NCBI GenBank assembly: GCA_040756235.1
Contig: JBFLZG010000082.1
Coordinates: 1-43,826, forward strand
DNA length: 43,826 nucleotides
Direction of reading: 5' to 3'
From: a bacterium
GTDB lineage: Bacteria > Desulfobacterota > DSWW01
In this document: in pieces, positions 1 to 9,932 of the stretch
How positions within the stretch are numbered: the stretch's first letter is position 1
Layout of the letters: each line of letters begins with the position of its first letter
The notes under the pieces: model-generated
The model's input: only the letters and a program-made list of their open reading frames with translations
Told to the model about the DNA's origin: nothing
Databases searched by the model: none
Program-made: the position numbers and the translations under genes

Positions 1-32
1 CCGCAGCCAACCAACCTCCGGCCGCTTCGGGC

Positions 33-67
33 GTTGCTTCGGTCGCCTTTTGGCTCCCTCGCAATGT
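33..67. repeat. REP-like palindromic element (TTGCTTCG...CTCGCAATGT type), partial
   Basis: GTTGCTTCGGTCGCCTTTTGGCTCCCTCGCAATGT; shares the CTCGCAATGT end with the element at 8176-8247. Confidence 0.55.
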
Positions 68-175
68 CCCCGAGAATTCATTCTGCATTTGCCGGGACGT
101 CCGGGGGAGAGATAAGATTTCTCGTAGGCGTGTGTCTGCGCGGGTCTCACGAGCCTTCCGGGGTAGCGGTCGAGG

Positions 176-1003
176 ATGGATTCGAGCTTGGTGCGCACGG
201 TCGGCAAGCTTTTCGCGGTCTTCCGGCTGGTCTGGATGGAGCGGCTGGTCTACCGCGTGAACCTCTTCCTGGAGATCCTGAGCGGCATCTTCTCCTCCCT
301 GATCATCGTTTTTCTCTGGATGGCCGTCTACCGCAATCGGTCCCAGACGGTGCTCGGCGACTACACGCTCGCCGAGATGGTCACGTATCTGATCGGGGGC
401 GGGCTGATCGCAAGCTTCGTTCAGACCGCCGCCGATCTCCAGGAGACGAGCCTCAGCATCCAGGACGGCAGCCTCTCCAATCTGCTTCTCAAGCCGATCC
501 ACCCTTACGGGATCTGGTTCGTGCGGGACCTGGCCGGCAAGAGCTTCTTCCTGCTCCTGGGCCTGTGCGGCTACCTGGCCGTGCTGCTCTTCTTCAGGGA
601 GTACGTGGTGCCTCCGGCCAGTGCGCTGCATCTCTTGCTGGCTTTGGTGGGGACGGGCATGGCCGCGCTGCTGCAGTTCCTGCTGTTCGAGGCGCTCAGC
701 CTCCTGGCGTTCTGGATCGAGAGGACGTACGGGATCCTGTTCATCATGCGCGTGATCATGGAGGTCCTGGGGGGTGCCATCATCCCCCTGTCCTTCTTCC
801 CTGAAGCTCTGAGAGAAGTCTTTTTGAACCTTCCCTTCTCGTTCCTGATCTATCTGCCCATGGCCCTCTATCTGGGCAAGATCCCGCTGCAGGATGTCCC
901 CTGGCAGTTCCTGCGTGAGATCGGGTGGATCGCGTTCCTGGCCGTGCTCAACGTATGCATCTGGAAGAAGGGGATTCGCCAGTATGTCGCCATGGGTGAC
1001 TAA
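176..1003 (+). CDS. ABC-2 family transporter permease
   Basis: About 6 hydrophobic segments; IQDGSLSNLLLKP and GGAIIPLSFFP motifs typical of DUF990-type ABC-2 permeases; adjacent to an ABC ATPase. Confidence 0.9.
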   Translation: MDSSLVRTVGKLFAVFRLVWMERLVYRVNLFLEILSGIFSSLIIVFLWMAVYRNRSQTVLGDYTLAEMVTYLIGGGLIASFVQTAADLQETSLSIQDGSLSNLLLKPIHPYGIWFVRDLAGKSFFLLLGLCGYLAVLLFFREYVVPPASALHLLLALVGTGMAALLQFLLFEALSLLAFWIERTYGILFIMRVIMEVLGGAIIPLSFFPEALREVFLNLPFSFLIYLPMALYLGKIPLQDVPWQFLREIGWIAFLAVLNVCIWKKGIRQYVAMGD

Positions 1004-1016
1004 GGCCGGGAGAGGC

Positions 1017-1808
1017 GTGCGCCGGTACGCGGGCCTGCTCGGCGTTCTCGTGAAGATCGGCTTCATGCGCCAGATGGCCTACCGCCCGCACTTCTACCTG
1101 ATGATCACGGGAAAAGTGATCCGGATCGCCCTGGTGTTCTTTTTCTTCCAGGCGATCTTCCTCAAGGTGGACCGGATCGGCAGTTGGACCTATGACGAGG
1201 TGCTCCTGCTCTTTGCGACGTTTCACATCGTGGATTATCTGATGAGCATCACCTTCCACCGCACCTTGGCCTACCAGCTCCCCGGCAGAGTCCAGTCGGG
1301 AGAGCTGGACTGGCGGATGCTCCTGCCGGTGAACCTTCTCTTCTTCGTCTCCTTCGAAGAGGTCGACATCATCGATCTGTTCAGCTTCCTGCCTTCCCTG
1401 GCTTTCCTGATGTATGTCTTCCACAGGCTGGACTTTGCGTTCAGCTGGCCCCAGCTTGCCGCCTACGTCCTGTTGATGGCGAATGCGCTCTTGTTCGTGT
1501 TTGCCGTGGTGCTCATCACCGCTACGGTGTCGTTCTGGACGACCCAGTCTTACGGCCTCTCCCGCATCTTCGACAACCTCCTCAAAATTGGACGCTATCC
1601 TCTCGACATCTTTCAGGGCTTCTGGAAGATTGTCTTCGTCTATTTCCTTCCGCTCGTGCTCATCGCCCAGGTGCCTTCTCAGGCTCTCCTGCGGGCCTTG
1701 GATCCGAAGTTCTTGTTGGCGGCCATGGGCGCCTCGGCCTTTTTCCTGGTCCTGGCGCTGGCGTTCTGGAGGGTGGGGCTCCGCAACTACGTTTCCGCCA
1801 GCTCCTGA
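1017..1808 (+). CDS. ABC-2 family transporter permease (second subunit)
   Basis: In frame with ORF 894..1808; GTG at 1017 after GGGAGAGG; VQSGELDWRMLLPV and GRYPLDIF motifs; multi-TM. Confidence 0.88.
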   Translation: MRRYAGLLGVLVKIGFMRQMAYRPHFYLMITGKVIRIALVFFFFQAIFLKVDRIGSWTYDEVLLLFATFHIVDYLMSITFHRTLAYQLPGRVQSGELDWRMLLPVNLLFFVSFEEVDIIDLFSFLPSLAFLMYVFHRLDFAFSWPQLAAYVLLMANALLFVFAVVLITATVSFWTTQSYGLSRIFDNLLKIGRYPLDIFQGFWKIVFVYFLPLVLIAQVPSQALLRALDPKFLLAAMGASAFFLVLALAFWRVGLRNYVSASS

Positions 1809-1825
1809 CTGGCCATCGGGCAGAC

Positions 1826-2803
1826 ATGAAGGCAATCCTCACCAGAGAGCTGTCCAAGACGTACTGGTTCTACGAGAAAGAGGCGGGGCTGGCGGGCTCG
1901 TTGAAAGCGCTCCTCCGGGGCAAGAAGGTGTTCGTGGAGGCGGTCCGGGGGATCGACCTCGACATCGAGATCGGCGAGATCGTGGGGTTCATCGGGCCGA
2001 ACGGCGCGGGCAAGACGACCACGCTCAAGATGCTTTCCGGGATCCTCCACCCGACCCGGGGCGAGGTCGAGGTGCTGGGCTTCGCCCCTTACCGGCGGGA
2101 GAAGGCTTTCCTCAGGCAGATCACCTTCGTCGCGGGCCAGAGGAGCCGGCTGTTCTGGGACCTGCCGGTGGAGGAGTATCTCCATTTCTGCAGGACGATT
2201 TATGAGATCGACGATCGCCTGTACGCCAAGAACCGGCAGGAGCTCATCGAGCTGGCCGAGATCGGGGACCTCTTGAGGACGCCGCAGCGCAAGCTTTCCT
2301 TCGGGCAGCGCAAGCGGTGCGAGCTGGCCGCCGCTCTCCTCCACGACCCGAGGGTCATCTTCCTGGACGAGCCGACCAACGCGATCGACGTCCTCAACGT
2401 GCGCAAGATCCGGGAGTTCATCCGGCAGAAGGGAAAAGAGGGGCGGCACACGATCCTGCTCACCTCCCACAACATGGGCGACATCGAGCAGGTCTGCGAG
2501 AGAGTGATCGTCATCAACCGGGGAACGCTCGTTTACGACGGCAGCGTTCGGGACCTGCAGCGGCGGCACGGCAGGGTCAAACAGATCCGCGTGGCGCTGC
2601 GGGACGGCCAACCAGCCGAGGGGATGGAGACGATGGGCAAGCTGAGTCGGACGGACGGCGACGAGCTGGTGCTGGAGGTCGCATCCGATGAGGCCGCTCA
2701 GGTGGCTTCCCGCCTGCTGGCTCGCTATTCCGTGAAGGACATCAGCATCACGGACCCGCCGCTGGAGAAGATCATCGAATCGCTTTACCTGAGGCAGCCG
2801 TGA
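1826..2803 (+). CDS. ABC transporter ATP-binding protein
   Basis: Walker A GPNGAGKTT, signature LSFGQ, Walker B IFLDEP, switch TSH. Confidence 0.96.
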   Translation: MKAILTRELSKTYWFYEKEAGLAGSLKALLRGKKVFVEAVRGIDLDIEIGEIVGFIGPNGAGKTTTLKMLSGILHPTRGEVEVLGFAPYRREKAFLRQITFVAGQRSRLFWDLPVEEYLHFCRTIYEIDDRLYAKNRQELIELAEIGDLLRTPQRKLSFGQRKRCELAAALLHDPRVIFLDEPTNAIDVLNVRKIREFIRQKGKEGRHTILLTSHNMGDIEQVCERVIVINRGTLVYDGSVRDLQRRHGRVKQIRVALRDGQPAEGMETMGKLSRTDGDELVLEVASDEAAQVASRLLARYSVKDISITDPPLEKIIESLYLRQP

Positions 2804-2850
2804 GGATCCTGCCGGCGCGGGGGCGCATCGGACTTTGGAGGGCATGAGCC

Positions 2851-3630
2851 ATGCGTATGACGGATAGGGACTGGGAAGAACTGAAGGAGGCCAAGGACCT
2901 CCTCGAGGGGGAGAGCCTGGCCATGCGGATCACGCGCGTCGCGGGGGCCCCCATCGAAAAGGGATTCAAGCTGTTGCCGGAGAAGTGGTCGGGCTACGTG
3001 CAGACGGCGACTCGCAAGTCCCTTCAGAGAGCGCTTCACGTCGCCTTTCTCACGTTGAAGGACCGGCCGGAAAGAAGATCGACGGAACGGTTCTATCGGC
3101 TCTCGGTCGGCATTTCAGGAGGGTTGGGCGGCGCCTTCGGGCTCGCCGGCCTCGCGGTCGAACTGCCCGTCTCCACGGTGCTGGTGCTGCGCTCCATCCT
3201 GGAGGTGGCCAGGAACCAGGGGGAGGACCTGGCGTCGGTCGAGACGCGTCTGGCCTGTCTGGAGGTCTTTGCGCTCGGCGGAAGGCCCCAGGAGGACGAC
3301 GCGGCCGAGACCGCTTATTACGCGGTCCGGACCGCCATGGCCAAGGCCGTCACCGACGCTGCGCGGTACATCACGGAGACCGGCCTTGCCCAGGAGGGCG
3401 CGCCGGCCCTGGTGCGCCTGATCACGGCCATCGCCGCGCGCTTCGGGGTCCTCGTCTCGGAGAAGACGGCGGCGGCGGCCATTCCGATCGTCGGGGCCGC
3501 CGGCGGCGCGCTCCTCAACGAAGTCTTCCTCGATCACTTCCTGGACGTGGCGCGCGGCCATTTCACGGTGCGGAGGCTGGAGAGGGCCTACGGCAAGGAA
3601 GTCGTGCGGGAAGCCTACGAGCAAGCCTGA
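2851..3630 (+). CDS. EcsC family protein
   Basis: GGLGGAFGLAGLAVELPVST, RLACLEVFALGG, IPIVGAAGGA and ARGHFTVRRLER are characteristic EcsC-family blocks. Confidence 0.85.
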   Translation: MRMTDRDWEELKEAKDLLEGESLAMRITRVAGAPIEKGFKLLPEKWSGYVQTATRKSLQRALHVAFLTLKDRPERRSTERFYRLSVGISGGLGGAFGLAGLAVELPVSTVLVLRSILEVARNQGEDLASVETRLACLEVFALGGRPQEDDAAETAYYAVRTAMAKAVTDAARYITETGLAQEGAPALVRLITAIAARFGVLVSEKTAAAAIPIVGAAGGALLNEVFLDHFLDVARGHFTVRRLERAYGKEVVREAYEQA

Positions 3631-3644
3631 AGAGCAAGTGCCTC

Positions 3645-5819
3645 CTACCAAAACTTGAAGTCCATTCCCAAATCCAGGGCCACCAGGAACTGCGAGTCCA
3701 GGTAGTCATTCTCCTGCTCGCCGGAGTAGTAGTAGAAGAACCTGTGCTTGAGCGAGAAGCCCACGTAACGGTTGATCGAAAGCAAGATGCCGTTCTGGAC
3801 CTCGCTTCGAGCCTCGGGCCGGCCGCCGTCAACGTCCAGGACCGCGGTGAAAGAATCGAGATCGAAACGATAGAGGAGGCGGTCCCAGATCGGATACTCG
3901 AAGCTTCCGATGGCTTCGAGACCGTAGCTCGCCGGTTCCACCGGATCGTTGATCCTCTTTTCGAAGCCCAGGCCGAGGCGTCCCGCTGCCAGGCCCCCGG
4001 CGACCTTTCCCATCATCGAGACCCCTGCCGTCTCGCGGATCAGCATGGGCCGGAAGCCGGACCTCTCTTCCTCCAGGGCGGTCTCGAACATCGACTTCTG
4101 ATAAGGCTTGAAGAGGCTGTCCAGGTTCAAGTTGTAGACCAGGGTGCCGCGCAGCAGGTTCTGGAGGTAGCGGCCGTCCTGCTTTTCATAGCGGACCTCC
4201 GGTGTGAGGACGAACATGTGGCGGTTGTTGTAGATCGCCAGGTCGGCCCGGTTCTCGAGCCCCCATTTCTTGTAGCTCTCGGAAGGCTGGCCCGGCGGCG
4301 GCGTGGTGTCGTCGTCTTTGTCAATCGTCGAGTGGTCGAGATAGTTCGAGAGCCGGACATCCAGGGTGGTCCTGAACCTGCGTTCGAGGTACCGGTGGTC
4401 TTCCCGGAAGACGACCTTCTGGCCCTGCAAGTCCGAAAGGAGCAGATCGCTCACGGTCTGCCACGTGTTCTCGTAGTCGATCTCGGCACCGAGGCAGAGC
4501 CCCATCTTCTCGCAGGCGGGCTGGGTGGAGGCCACCCGGTACTTGCGGCCGTCCTGGATGTCATAACCCTGGATCTTCTCGTCCTCGATTCCGTTGATCA
4601 GCAGCGTCTTGTCTGCGTTCAGGAGCTTGCGGATTTCGGCGCCGGTGAGCTTGTAGACGAAGACGTTGTAATCCAGGGTCACCGTGTCCAGGATGTGAGA
4701 GTGCGTGACCTCTCCCTGGTAGGTGGACGGGACGAGGGTGTTCTTGTCGATGACCGAGACCTCGCAATCGAAGCGGTCCCGAAGCAGGCAGGCGAGCTTC
4801 GTGTCGTCCACCGTAAGGGAAAGCCCTTCGGTGTTCGTGACGATCGCGTCTTCCTCCTTCCGATATTGGCGCTTCCAGAGCGACAGGCGCCGCTCGAAGT
4901 CGGCGTAGGCCGGACCCGGGCTTTCCGGGGTCCCGGCGACGGCCGACCGGCTGAGCTCCTCGATCGACCTCCACGAGATGTTCCGGATCGCGAGCCTCGA
5001 ATCGACCAGGAGGTCCAATACGTAGAAGCCCGCGCTTTGCGGCAACATCACGATGGGACGGCCATCCGCCATCTCGATCCGCGTGGCCTGGCTCCCGTAC
5101 AGATCTCCGGTGTTGTCCCCGCCGCAGATGGCCATTCCGATCTGCTTGTATTTCCCCAGAAGTGAAATCGTCTCCGGGAGAGTCAGGCCGGACAGGACCA
5201 GGATCGAGGCGGCTCCTTTCTGCCGGATTTCCTCGATGGGCCCCGAAAGGTTTTCGAATCCCTCTTCCATCCGGATCGTATAGAGCTTCTTCTCCGCGAT
5301 GTCGAAGCGGATGTTGGTCGAGCTGACTCCGAGGATGCCGAGCGTCGTCCGGCCCGTGGAAAACAGCACATACGGGTCGAACAGAGGCTTGGCGTCCCAC
5401 AGCAGGTTGGCGGAGAGCAGCCGGGTCTTACCGTTCTTCTGCTGGTCCTGAAGGTTGTCCAGCCCGATCTGAAGGTCCATGGAAGAGACGAGGGTGGCGT
5501 CGCAGGAAAAGGAGCCGAGGTAGTCCATGACCACCGAGCCGGACGAGAACTTCGATAGGGATCCCGGATAGAAGGAATTGCCGAGGTCCAGGTAGAGCGG
5601 GATCTTCTTCGCGCGCCTTTCGGCGAGCATGCCCCGAGCCAGGACCAGGAGCGGGTCGCTCTGGCTTTGGCCTTGTTCCTGGAGGGCGAACCGGCCCTGG
5701 AGGTTGGACGTCAGCAAAATGGAGATCTCTTCCGAAGCCGACAAGCTGCCGGCTGCCGGCAGGATCGCGGACAACGCGGAAACCAGGCCAAGGAACGAGA
5801 GTCTGGCACGTGATCTCAT
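3645..5819 (-). CDS. Secreted 5'-nucleotidase/metallophosphoesterase-like protein (degenerate metal motifs) with C-terminal probable outer-membrane beta-barrel
   Basis: Signal peptide; ILLTSNLQG, LDLGNSF, SSMDL, LLSANL, ICGGDN parallel the 5'-NT motifs; 5'-NT C-domain-like LTGAEIRKLL...YRVAST; last ~240 aa have alternating beta pattern ending LGMDFKFW. Confidence 0.7.
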   Translation of the reverse strand: MRSRARLSFLGLVSALSAILPAAGSLSASEEISILLTSNLQGRFALQEQGQSQSDPLLVLARGMLAERRAKKIPLYLDLGNSFYPGSLSKFSSGSVVMDYLGSFSCDATLVSSMDLQIGLDNLQDQQKNGKTRLLSANLLWDAKPLFDPYVLFSTGRTTLGILGVSSTNIRFDIAEKKLYTIRMEEGFENLSGPIEEIRQKGAASILVLSGLTLPETISLLGKYKQIGMAICGGDNTGDLYGSQATRIEMADGRPIVMLPQSAGFYVLDLLVDSRLAIRNISWRSIEELSRSAVAGTPESPGPAYADFERRLSLWKRQYRKEEDAIVTNTEGLSLTVDDTKLACLLRDRFDCEVSVIDKNTLVPSTYQGEVTHSHILDTVTLDYNVFVYKLTGAEIRKLLNADKTLLINGIEDEKIQGYDIQDGRKYRVASTQPACEKMGLCLGAEIDYENTWQTVSDLLLSDLQGQKVVFREDHRYLERRFRTTLDVRLSNYLDHSTIDKDDDTTPPPGQPSESYKKWGLENRADLAIYNNRHMFVLTPEVRYEKQDGRYLQNLLRGTLVYNLNLDSLFKPYQKSMFETALEEERSGFRPMLIRETAGVSMMGKVAGGLAAGRLGLGFEKRINDPVEPASYGLEAIGSFEYPIWDRLLYRFDLDSFTAVLDVDGGRPEARSEVQNGILLSINRYVGFSLKHRFFYYYSGEQENDYLDSQFLVALDLGMDFKFW

Positions 5820-5926
5820 GGGGGTTCTGTTGCCTCCGCTCCTGAAAAAATGTGAGAAGAACGCTCATCGCATGATTTCGCTCGCCGCCCGTGAACGAGG
5901 CGGGAGCGTATAGGTGAAGGGTTTCA

Positions 5927-5945
5927 GCCGGGAGAGACTCCCGGC
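5927..5945. terminator. GC-rich hairpin downstream of the lipoprotein gene
   Basis: GCCGGGAG-AGA-CTCCCGGC perfect 8-bp stem; no clear U-tract. Confidence 0.3.
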
Positions 5946-5985
5946 CTCACCTCTTGCTGGTCTGTCTCACGATTGCCCTGGGACT

Positions 5986-6822
5986 CTAATGGGCTGAGGA
6001 GGTCTGTGCGGGGGCCGGTTCCGTGGTCCCGACCGGGGTGATCTTCGCCTTGAGCTCCCGAATCTCGTTTTCGAGGCCCTGGATGCGGCCGTCCCGGAGC
6101 TGGAGATCCCTGGCGGCCTGCTCGAGCTTCGCGGAGAGCTGTCCGCTCGAGTCCTTCAAGGACACGATGGATTGGTCGCGGCTGGCGACCTCGCTCTTCA
6201 ACTGCGCGGTCTCGATCTGCGCGGCTCCGATTCTTGCGTTCATCGTCTGAATCTCCTGGTCCAGGGCTTGCAGCCGGCTGGCTCGGGCCCCGAGCTCCTT
6301 TTCGGCATCGGCGAGCTTCCGGGTCTGCTGGAGGGCGGCCGCCTGCAGGGACGCGATGGCGGCTTCCCGGCCGGCCACCTCTCTTTTCAACTCGTCGATC
6401 TGCCCGTTGAGCTGCTGCTCCGCCCGGGCCCGCTCCTCCTCCCGGGTCTGCTGAAGCTGCGTCAGGTCCTGGATCTGGCGCAGGTACTCGGCTTCCTGGG
6501 CCGCGCTCCTTTCGGCCAGCTCCTGCAGCGTCGCCCTCAGGTCGGCCACATCGTTCTGATACCGCTCCTTGAGCTCCTCCAGTTGGCCGTCGAGCCTCAT
6601 CAGATCCGCCTTCTGCGTGGCCAGTTCCTCGCGATACTGGCTGTTCTCCTCCGAAACGACCGAATTCTCCCGTTCGAGGCTCGTGATCCTTTTCTTCATC
6701 AACTTGTTCTCGGCGCGGATCTGATCGCCGACCTCTCCGGAGCTGCTAGTGGCCACCGTGGCGCAAGAGGCCAGGCCGCCGACGAGGATCCATAAGAAGA
6801 CGGCCCTTGGGATTCTTTTCAT
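5986..6822 (-). CDS. Coiled-coil lipoprotein of unknown function
   Basis: MKRIPR + hydrophobic stretch + lipobox LAS-C; remainder is E/Q/K/L-rich heptad coiled coil. Confidence 0.8.
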   Translation of the reverse strand: MKRIPRAVFLWILVGGLASCATVATSSSGEVGDQIRAENKLMKKRITSLERENSVVSEENSQYREELATQKADLMRLDGQLEELKERYQNDVADLRATLQELAERSAAQEAEYLRQIQDLTQLQQTREEERARAEQQLNGQIDELKREVAGREAAIASLQAAALQQTRKLADAEKELGARASRLQALDQEIQTMNARIGAAQIETAQLKSEVASRDQSIVSLKDSSGQLSAKLEQAARDLQLRDGRIQGLENEIRELKAKITPVGTTEPAPAQTSSAH

Positions 6823-7159
6823 GGCTTCACGTCCGTCTCATGGGTTTTCGCTGCGCTCTCCCGTCTCGAGGTCATCAGAGAGAACGGTCTCGAGGGCGCG
6901 GAGCCAGCGGGAAAGCGGCCTTGCCTGGATGCGGGATTTCGAGGTTGCACCGCAGTTCGGAGCGCAAATGATAGTCCTCCTCGGCGAATTAGGCAAGGGA
7001 GAAACCCCGCTGCCAGGAGAGAGCATGCCCGCTTCGGCCGCAACAAAAAACTTGGCATTTGGCAAGGGTCCATGTAAAAAGGGGAAAGCGCAAAGGCGCA
7101 AGCGAAGGTTCGAGAAAAAAGCGAATTCCGGCAGCAACGATCCTCTAGAGGTGGCGCAA

Positions 7160-7648
7160 GTGAGTCGCAATCCCGAGCTGGACGAATTGAGGAGGAAGAT
7201 GGCGGAGAATATCTCGCAGATGCCCGCCACCGAGGTCTTTGTTCCCCGTGCCAGGCTGCGGGAGTTTTGCGAGATCATCGGCGAGACGAACCCCGTTTAC
7301 CGGGACGCCGGGGAGGCCAGGAGGCGCGGTTTCGAGGAGGTCCCCGTCCCTGAGTCCTATTTTCTCACTCTCATCACCCCCCTGTCGCACGAGCTTTTTT
7401 CCCGCGGCGTGGGGCTCCTGCTGAGCCCGTCTGTCAAAGGCGTCATTCATACCTCCTCGGCGATCGAATTCCACCGCCCGCTGTATTGCGAGACGCCCTA
7501 CCGGCTCGTGCTGGGCTTGTCCAGCCTCGTTCGCAAGAGAGGCAACATGGGCAGCTACCTGGTGGGGACCTTTCCGCACAAGGTCCTCGACGCGCGCGGA
7601 GACCTCGTTGCGGTCGACAGCCACGTGTTTTTTCTCCGCGAGAGTTGA
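7160..7648 (+). CDS. MaoC/FAS1-like dehydratase N-terminal (hotdog fold) protein
   Basis: In frame with ORF 6749..7648; GTG 7160 after GAGGTGG; LREFCEIIGETNPVY.D..EA...GF and IHTSSAIEFHRPL motifs. Confidence 0.82.
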   Translation: MSRNPELDELRRKMAENISQMPATEVFVPRARLREFCEIIGETNPVYRDAGEARRRGFEEVPVPESYFLTLITPLSHELFSRGVGLLLSPSVKGVIHTSSAIEFHRPLYCETPYRLVLGLSSLVRKRGNMGSYLVGTFPHKVLDARGDLVAVDSHVFFLRES

Positions 7649-7663
7649 AGGGAGTTCGACAGC

Positions 7664-8083
7664 ATGGGACACGGCTGTTTCGAGCAGATCCGGGACGGGG
7701 CCGAGATTCCGTCTCTTCAGGTGAATTTCTCCGCCGAGAGGAATGCGCGCTACTGCCGCCTGGTGAACGAGATCAACCCGCTGCATTTCGATCTCGACTT
7801 CGCGCGGTCCCTGGGGTACCGGGACATCGTGGTCGCAGGAATCTTCACGGCCAGCTTCTTCCCGAAGCTCCTGACCGACTGGCTCGGCGAGCGGACCCGG
7901 GTCGAAACCATCCGGGTCAAGTTCAAGGCCCCGGCCTATCTGAACGAGACCGTGACGTACCGCGGGCGGGTGGTGCGCAAGCGAGTCGAGGACGGCGTCC
8001 GGAAGCTGGAATGCGAGCTCTGGTCGGAGAACGCTGCCGGCGAGAGGCTGGCAATGGCGACGGTTCTCTCGAGCGTGCCTTAG
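7664..8083 (+). CDS. MaoC family dehydratase/(R)-enoyl-CoA hydratase
   Basis: EINPLHFDLDFARSLG hydratase motif (E in place of the usual D); VKFKAPAYLNETV. Confidence 0.88.
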   Translation: MGHGCFEQIRDGAEIPSLQVNFSAERNARYCRLVNEINPLHFDLDFARSLGYRDIVVAGIFTASFFPKLLTDWLGERTRVETIRVKFKAPAYLNETVTYRGRVVRKRVEDGVRKLECELWSENAAGERLAMATVLSSVP

Positions 8084-8175
8084 CACACCGCTTCACAAAA
8101 TGGGCAACGTATCCCGCGAGAGCCGCAGCCGGCCCGCGGCGGAATGCGTGGCAACCGAGGGTCTAAGAAGGGTGA

Positions 8176-8247
8176 ACATCGCGAGCGTAAGCGTGGCGAC
8201 CTCCATGTAACCGGGAGGTTGCCATGGCCCTCCGGGCCTCGCAATGT
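8176..8247. repeat. REP-like palindromic doublet
   Basis: ACATCGCGAG...GTGGCGACCTC / GAGGTTGCCAT...CTCGCAATGT nested inverted arms in the intergenic region. Confidence 0.6.
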
Positions 8248-8347
8248 CCGATGGTGATTCCGGGGTCGCCACTTCGGTCCTGAAATCATGTCTGCCACGG
8301 GGCAAGAGAACCTTTCTCCAAGAGGCAGCGGGAGGAGGAGGTACGGC

Positions 8348-9889
8348 ATGGAACTCCGTCACCCCAGAGACCTGGTGCAGGAGAACCCGCACCGGCCGGC
8401 CTTCATCATGGCCGGGAGCGGTCAGGTGGTCACCCGCCTGGAGCTCGAGCAGAGGGCGAACCGATGCGCCCACTTGCTGCGGGACCTCGGGCTCCGGCCC
8501 GGCGACAACATCGCCGTCTACATGGAGAACACCCCCGCGTTCATCGAGATCTGCAGCGCCGCCGGCCGCGCCGGGCTCCTCTACACGCCCATCAGCACGC
8601 ACCTCACCGTGCCGGAGGTCGAGTACATCGTGAACGACTCCGGCGCCAAGGCGTTCTTCACCTCTCGAGCCAAGAGCGAGGTGGCCGAACAGCTCGCGGG
8701 CAAGGCGCCGAACGTGATCGCCCGCATGATGGCCAACGGCGCCATGCGCGGCTATGAGCCCTACGAAGAGCGGGTCGCGTCCTACCCGGCGCGCCCCATT
8801 GCGGACGAGATGGCCGGCATGGACATGCTCTACTCCTCCGGCACGACCGGCCGGCCCAAAGGCGTGAAGATCAGCCTCCAGCAGATGCCTTTCGGCCAGC
8901 TCCCGGACTCGGCCAAGCTGCTCATCGCCCTCTATGGATTGAACGAGGAAGCCGTCTATCTCTCGCCCGCTCCCCTCTATCACGCGGCGCCCCTGCGCTT
9001 CGTCATGCTGACGCTGTTCGCCGGAGGGACCGTGATCGTGATGGAGAAGTTCGACGCCCTCCACTCGCTCGCGCTGATCGAGCGCTACCGGGTGACCCAC
9101 AGCCAGTGGGTGCCGACCATGTTCATCCGCATGCTCAAGCTGCCCGAGAAGGAACGGAAGCGTTTCGATCTGTCTTCTCTGAAGCTGGCGATCCATGCGG
9201 CCGCGCCGATCCCGGTGCCCATCAAAGAGCAGATGATCGACTGGTGGGGGCCGATCCTGTTCGAGTACTACGCCGGGACCGAAGGGAACGGCATCTGCGC
9301 GATCACCTCCCAGGAATGGCTCTCCCACCGGGGATCGGTGGGCCGCGCCATGCTGGGCACCATCAAGATCCTGGACGACGCCGAAAACGAGGTGCCTGCC
9401 GGCCAGACCGGCACCATCTACTTCGCCGACGGGCAGGATTTCGAGTACCACAACGATCCGCAGAAGACGGCCAGCGTGCGGACCAGGAAGGGGTGGACGA
9501 CGCTCAACGACGTGGGACACGTGGACGGGGAGGGCTATCTCTACCTGACCGACCGCCGGACGAACATGATCATCTCGGGCGGCGTGAACATCTACCCCCA
9601 GGAGTCGGAGAACGTCCTGGTCACGCACCCGGCGGTGCTCGACGTGGCCGTCATCGGGGTGCCCCACGAGGAGTTCGGCGAAGAGGTCAAGGGCGTGGTC
9701 CAGCTGCGCGACCCGGCCGACGGCGGGCCGGAGCTCGAACAGGAGCTGATCGCTTACTGCCGCGGCAAGCTGGCCAAGATCAAGTGTCCGGTCTCCATCG
9801 ACTTCGTGGAGGAGCTGCCGCGCACGCCTTCCGGCAAGCTCCTCAAGCGGCTCCTGAAGGATAAGTACTGGAAGAATCTGTCCGCGTAA
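8348..9889 (+). CDS. Acyl-CoA synthetase (AMP-forming, fatty-acid-CoA ligase family)
   Basis: ATG 8348 after GGAGGAGG; YSSGTTGRPKG, YYAGTEG, DGEGYLYLTDR, LPRTPSGKLLK. Confidence 0.95.
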   Translation: MELRHPRDLVQENPHRPAFIMAGSGQVVTRLELEQRANRCAHLLRDLGLRPGDNIAVYMENTPAFIEICSAAGRAGLLYTPISTHLTVPEVEYIVNDSGAKAFFTSRAKSEVAEQLAGKAPNVIARMMANGAMRGYEPYEERVASYPARPIADEMAGMDMLYSSGTTGRPKGVKISLQQMPFGQLPDSAKLLIALYGLNEEAVYLSPAPLYHAAPLRFVMLTLFAGGTVIVMEKFDALHSLALIERYRVTHSQWVPTMFIRMLKLPEKERKRFDLSSLKLAIHAAAPIPVPIKEQMIDWWGPILFEYYAGTEGNGICAITSQEWLSHRGSVGRAMLGTIKILDDAENEVPAGQTGTIYFADGQDFEYHNDPQKTASVRTRKGWTTLNDVGHVDGEGYLYLTDRRTNMIISGGVNIYPQESENVLVTHPAVLDVAVIGVPHEEFGEEVKGVVQLRDPADGGPELEQELIAYCRGKLAKIKCPVSIDFVEELPRTPSGKLLKRLLKDKYWKNLSA

Positions 9890-9932
9890 CGGCTGGGGGC
9901 CGCTTCCACGCCCGCAGGGTGCGGGGGGGCCG

